Source: a bacterium
GTDB lineage: Bacteria; Hinthialibacterota; Hinthialibacteria; Hinthialibacterales; Hinthialibacteraceae
Assembly (NCBI GenBank): GCA_963662285.2
Contig: CAXXMV010000008.1
Location: 512,001 to 576,000 of the forward strand
Length of the DNA stretch: 64,000 nt
Reading direction: 5' to 3'
Below are positions 61,322 through 64,000 of the stretch, piece after piece. Made by a program: the position numbers and the translations under genes. How positions within the stretch are numbered: the stretch's first letter is position 1; each line of letters starts with the position of its first letter. The notes below the pieces were generated by a model. That model was not told where the DNA came from. It saw nothing but the letters and a program-made list of their open reading frames with translations, and did no database searches.

Positions 61322-61520
61322 TATTTTCCCCGATGTAAGTAGATGATATTTCCATTCTACTATATTGATTACATAAGAATCCAGAGAGATAGTACGTATA
61401 ATGTTTATTTCTTATAATGCAATTGTCTTTAGAGAATTTCTATAATTCATATTCGTCATATTTCCCAGACGCTTTAATGGACATTTTCGCAAATAAAAGA
61501 TACCTTCTCATTTATAATGT

Positions 61521-62405
61521 ATGATGAAGGAGAAGATTATGCTGTGGCGCATTGTAGTTCTGGCACTCGTTGTGCTGGCTATTTTTTCCGGGATTAAACA
61601 CCAGTCGAATATACAGCATACTCAAACTGCTGTAACTACAGCACAACCTACGCCTCTACCGTCCCCAACTCCACAGACGCCGCAGTTTTCGCGTAGCGTG
61701 GTTGAAGGAAAAAGTATATATAAATATCTTTGTTTCCTGCCTGAAGGTTATGGTAAAGAACCGAAGTTCTGGCCATGCATCATCTTCTTACATGGTCAAT
61801 GCTCTAATGATGATTTAGAAAAGCTCAAAGGTTTTGGTCCAGTTAAATATGCCTTGAACCATGATGATTTCCCATTCATTGCGGTTGCTCCCGCAACGGC
61901 TAATGGCTGGAACGTCACTATGGTAAACCTATTTTTAACTGAGATGTCGGGGCTTTACCGCATTGATCAGGATCGCATCTATTTAACCGGGCACAGCATG
62001 GGAGCGCATGCTACATGGAAAATAGCCGCCGCATATCCTCATCGTTTCGCCGCCATTGCGCCAGTTTCAGGCGCGGGTAATCCTCGGCAGGCCATCAGAA
62101 AACACCTGCACCTGCCAACATGGGTATTTCATGGCGCCAGGGATACCGTTGTCCCGGTTGAACGCGGCTTGCAAATGGCCGGAGCATTAAAAGGCGCCGG
62201 AGGCAATGTAAAATCTACCATATATATTGAACAAGGACATGATATATGGGATGAGGCGTATAATGATCAGCAATTATATGATTGGTTGTTACAGCATAAA
62301 AGACCATCCCCGAAAATCAAGAAAGAGAATCTTCAAAGCAATACGGGCGCCAAGGGCAGCGTTCTTACTGGTCCTGGCGCCCAACTAACTGATAGCGGAT
62401 CATGA
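61521..62405 (+). CDS. Exported esterase/peptidase (alpha/beta hydrolase), paralog of 26732-27865
   Basis: WPCIIFLHG, RIYLTGHSMG, PTWVFHGARDTVV, GHDIW; PT-rich linker. Confidence 0.88.
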   Translation: MMKEKIMLWRIVVLALVVLAIFSGIKHQSNIQHTQTAVTTAQPTPLPSPTPQTPQFSRSVVEGKSIYKYLCFLPEGYGKEPKFWPCIIFLHGQCSNDDLEKLKGFGPVKYALNHDDFPFIAVAPATANGWNVTMVNLFLTEMSGLYRIDQDRIYLTGHSMGAHATWKIAAAYPHRFAAIAPVSGAGNPRQAIRKHLHLPTWVFHGARDTVVPVERGLQMAGALKGAGGNVKSTIYIEQGHDIWDEAYNDQQLYDWLLQHKRPSPKIKKENLQSNTGAKGSVLTGPGAQLTDSGS

Positions 62406-62412
62406 AACTTTA

Positions 62413-63999
62413 TCACACCAGCCCTTCAATAACCCTGCTCCCCAATCCGGGAATCGTCACTTCACGCTGAGCGTCTTTATACAACAATGTCATAGATTTA
62501 CTCTCCTCGCTCAGGTTCCATAAAAGCACTGATTGCGCCGTGGGATACCAGGCGCAGACTACGGGAAGATTTTCCTTCACATAGGGGATGTTTTTTAACA
62601 GATGTATGTTGCGTTGCTTAAAGGCGAATAGAGCATCCAGTGATTCATCTATCGATTCAGCGCCAGCTATAGTATCAGAAACATCAGAACGATGGACGAA
62701 TACAGTTCCATTTGAAATGAGTTTTTTATCCTGTACAGCCTTGGCGTCATAATTGGACAGGAATGTCCAACCATCCTGCGCCGGTTTATCGGTAACCTCG
62801 AACGGAACGCCCGACGCTAAGAACAGGCTGTTCGGTTTATCATCGCCGACCTTACGGCTGTATTCCCCCCAGTAATGCTTGAATAGACCGCGTGGTATGT
62901 GACCAGCTAACTTTTGATGAATATCTGATTGTATTTTCATAGCCGGGCCAATTGTTTCCCAGTGAGAACTTGGAAATGGCGTCAGGCCGCTCATGAACAT
63001 GGTATTGCGCACATCGGCGATGGTTGAAACAACCAGTTTAGCTGCAATATTAAGCGCCGAAAGCGAGTTGGCCGGATAGGCGGTGGTTTCGCTATAAGCC
63101 AGTTCCGGACTAGTGAAGCGGCGGTGCATCAGAGCGCTGAAGAGTTCGTCAGTTTTGCCTTTTACCCGACCAAAAGATTTATCATCAAACATTAACTCGC
63201 CCACGCGGAACAGCGCATCGGAGTAATCCGTCAAACGAATGCCTGCTTTTTCCGCGCCTAGATACATTACCATAATCCCCAGTTTTCCATCGCCCATCAT
63301 TTTTTGCTGAGCTCGGAAAGAACTGGTTAACTCATCACAGGTAAAATTGATCCAATCATTTAGCAGAGCAGTTAAACTACGCTGGCGAACATTACCTAGC
63401 AACTCTTCCCATTTAGGCTCTTTGTATCCATATTTTTGCAGGAAGCGCTTGGCATGATCCTGACAATAACAGCCGCCGATTTGACCCGGACCGATGGCCA
63501 GCCGGAAATCATCATCCAGAAAAATTTCAGAAAAGCCTTCTTTATACAACTTACCAACAGCTTCAGCATTTTCGCTGGTCGCCGGTTTATGCAGCGAGGT
63601 TCCAACATACTGCGAGCCATCAGATTTCATCGCCGCACGCCAGTGCGCTGGCGGCGTCAATGGAAAATCTCCATCCTTGGAACCAAGCGAATCTCCCGGA
63701 TGCCCCAAGGGAATAGTGGCCATGCCCACCGCCATGCCAGCCTGCTCAATCTTACGTCGCGCGGCTTGAATTTTCGCCATTGGATAGGGCCAGTATCCAT
63801 AAAAAAATCCCGGCAGCCAAACAGTATCAATGCCAGCCTTTTTAACGATCTGGATCAAGTCAGGCTCTTGTTCCAATACGTCTGAGTTCAAGCAGACATG
63901 AAAACGGCGTTTTCTAATATCCGACGCTTGCGAACTAGCTGGTAAAAATAATCCAAGACTGGCGGCGCTGGTACATCCAATAAACTGGCGGCGATCCAT
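62413..63999 (-). CDS. Tat-exported protein, possible glycoside-hydrolase-like TIM barrel
   Basis: DRRQFI signal; IFLDDDFRL and CYCQDH motifs. Confidence 0.65.
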   Translation of the reverse strand: MDRRQFIGCTSAASLGLFLPASSQASDIRKRRFHVCLNSDVLEQEPDLIQIVKKAGIDTVWLPGFFYGYWPYPMAKIQAARRKIEQAGMAVGMATIPLGHPGDSLGSKDGDFPLTPPAHWRAAMKSDGSQYVGTSLHKPATSENAEAVGKLYKEGFSEIFLDDDFRLAIGPGQIGGCYCQDHAKRFLQKYGYKEPKWEELLGNVRQRSLTALLNDWINFTCDELTSSFRAQQKMMGDGKLGIMVMYLGAEKAGIRLTDYSDALFRVGELMFDDKSFGRVKGKTDELFSALMHRRFTSPELAYSETTAYPANSLSALNIAAKLVVSTIADVRNTMFMSGLTPFPSSHWETIGPAMKIQSDIHQKLAGHIPRGLFKHYWGEYSRKVGDDKPNSLFLASGVPFEVTDKPAQDGWTFLSNYDAKAVQDKKLISNGTVFVHRSDVSDTIAGAESIDESLDALFAFKQRNIHLLKNIPYVKENLPVVCAWYPTAQSVLLWNLSEESKSMTLLYKDAQREVTIPGLGSRVIEGLV

Positions 64000-64000
64000 A

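Overview
Bacterial chromosomal window of about 45 protein-coding genes. I saw no rRNA, tRNA or CRISPR array. The gene content suggests a diderm, polysaccharide- and sulfate-ester-degrading heterotroph: Tat-exported sulfatases, Gfo/Idh/MocA oxidoreductases, a GH127 and an arylsulfotransferase, interleaved with housekeeping genes (proA, nadD, cspA, sppA, PBP1A, WecA-like, a sigma-70). Most notable: (1) a hydrazine-synthase-like gene cluster at the left edge (RidA/FkbO-like, HzsA-like, CRTAC1/ASPIC, and an octaheme 2x c554 + HzsB-like propeller fusion missing from the ORF track); (2) three unrelated signal-peptide proteins that share a C-terminal [DN]-W-x-L-F motif, a candidate protein-sorting signal; (3) several REP-like palindrome families, a RAYT transposase relic between inverted REPs, and two 1507-bp IS481 copies, both inserted in C-rich REP-like repeats with 5-bp target duplications; (4) a REP-bracketed MNT-HEPN toxin-antitoxin cassette whose toxin carries a Trp-to-amber stop; (5) a GT-C-like membrane gene frameshifted in a T10 run. 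All family assignments come from motif recognition, not database searches.
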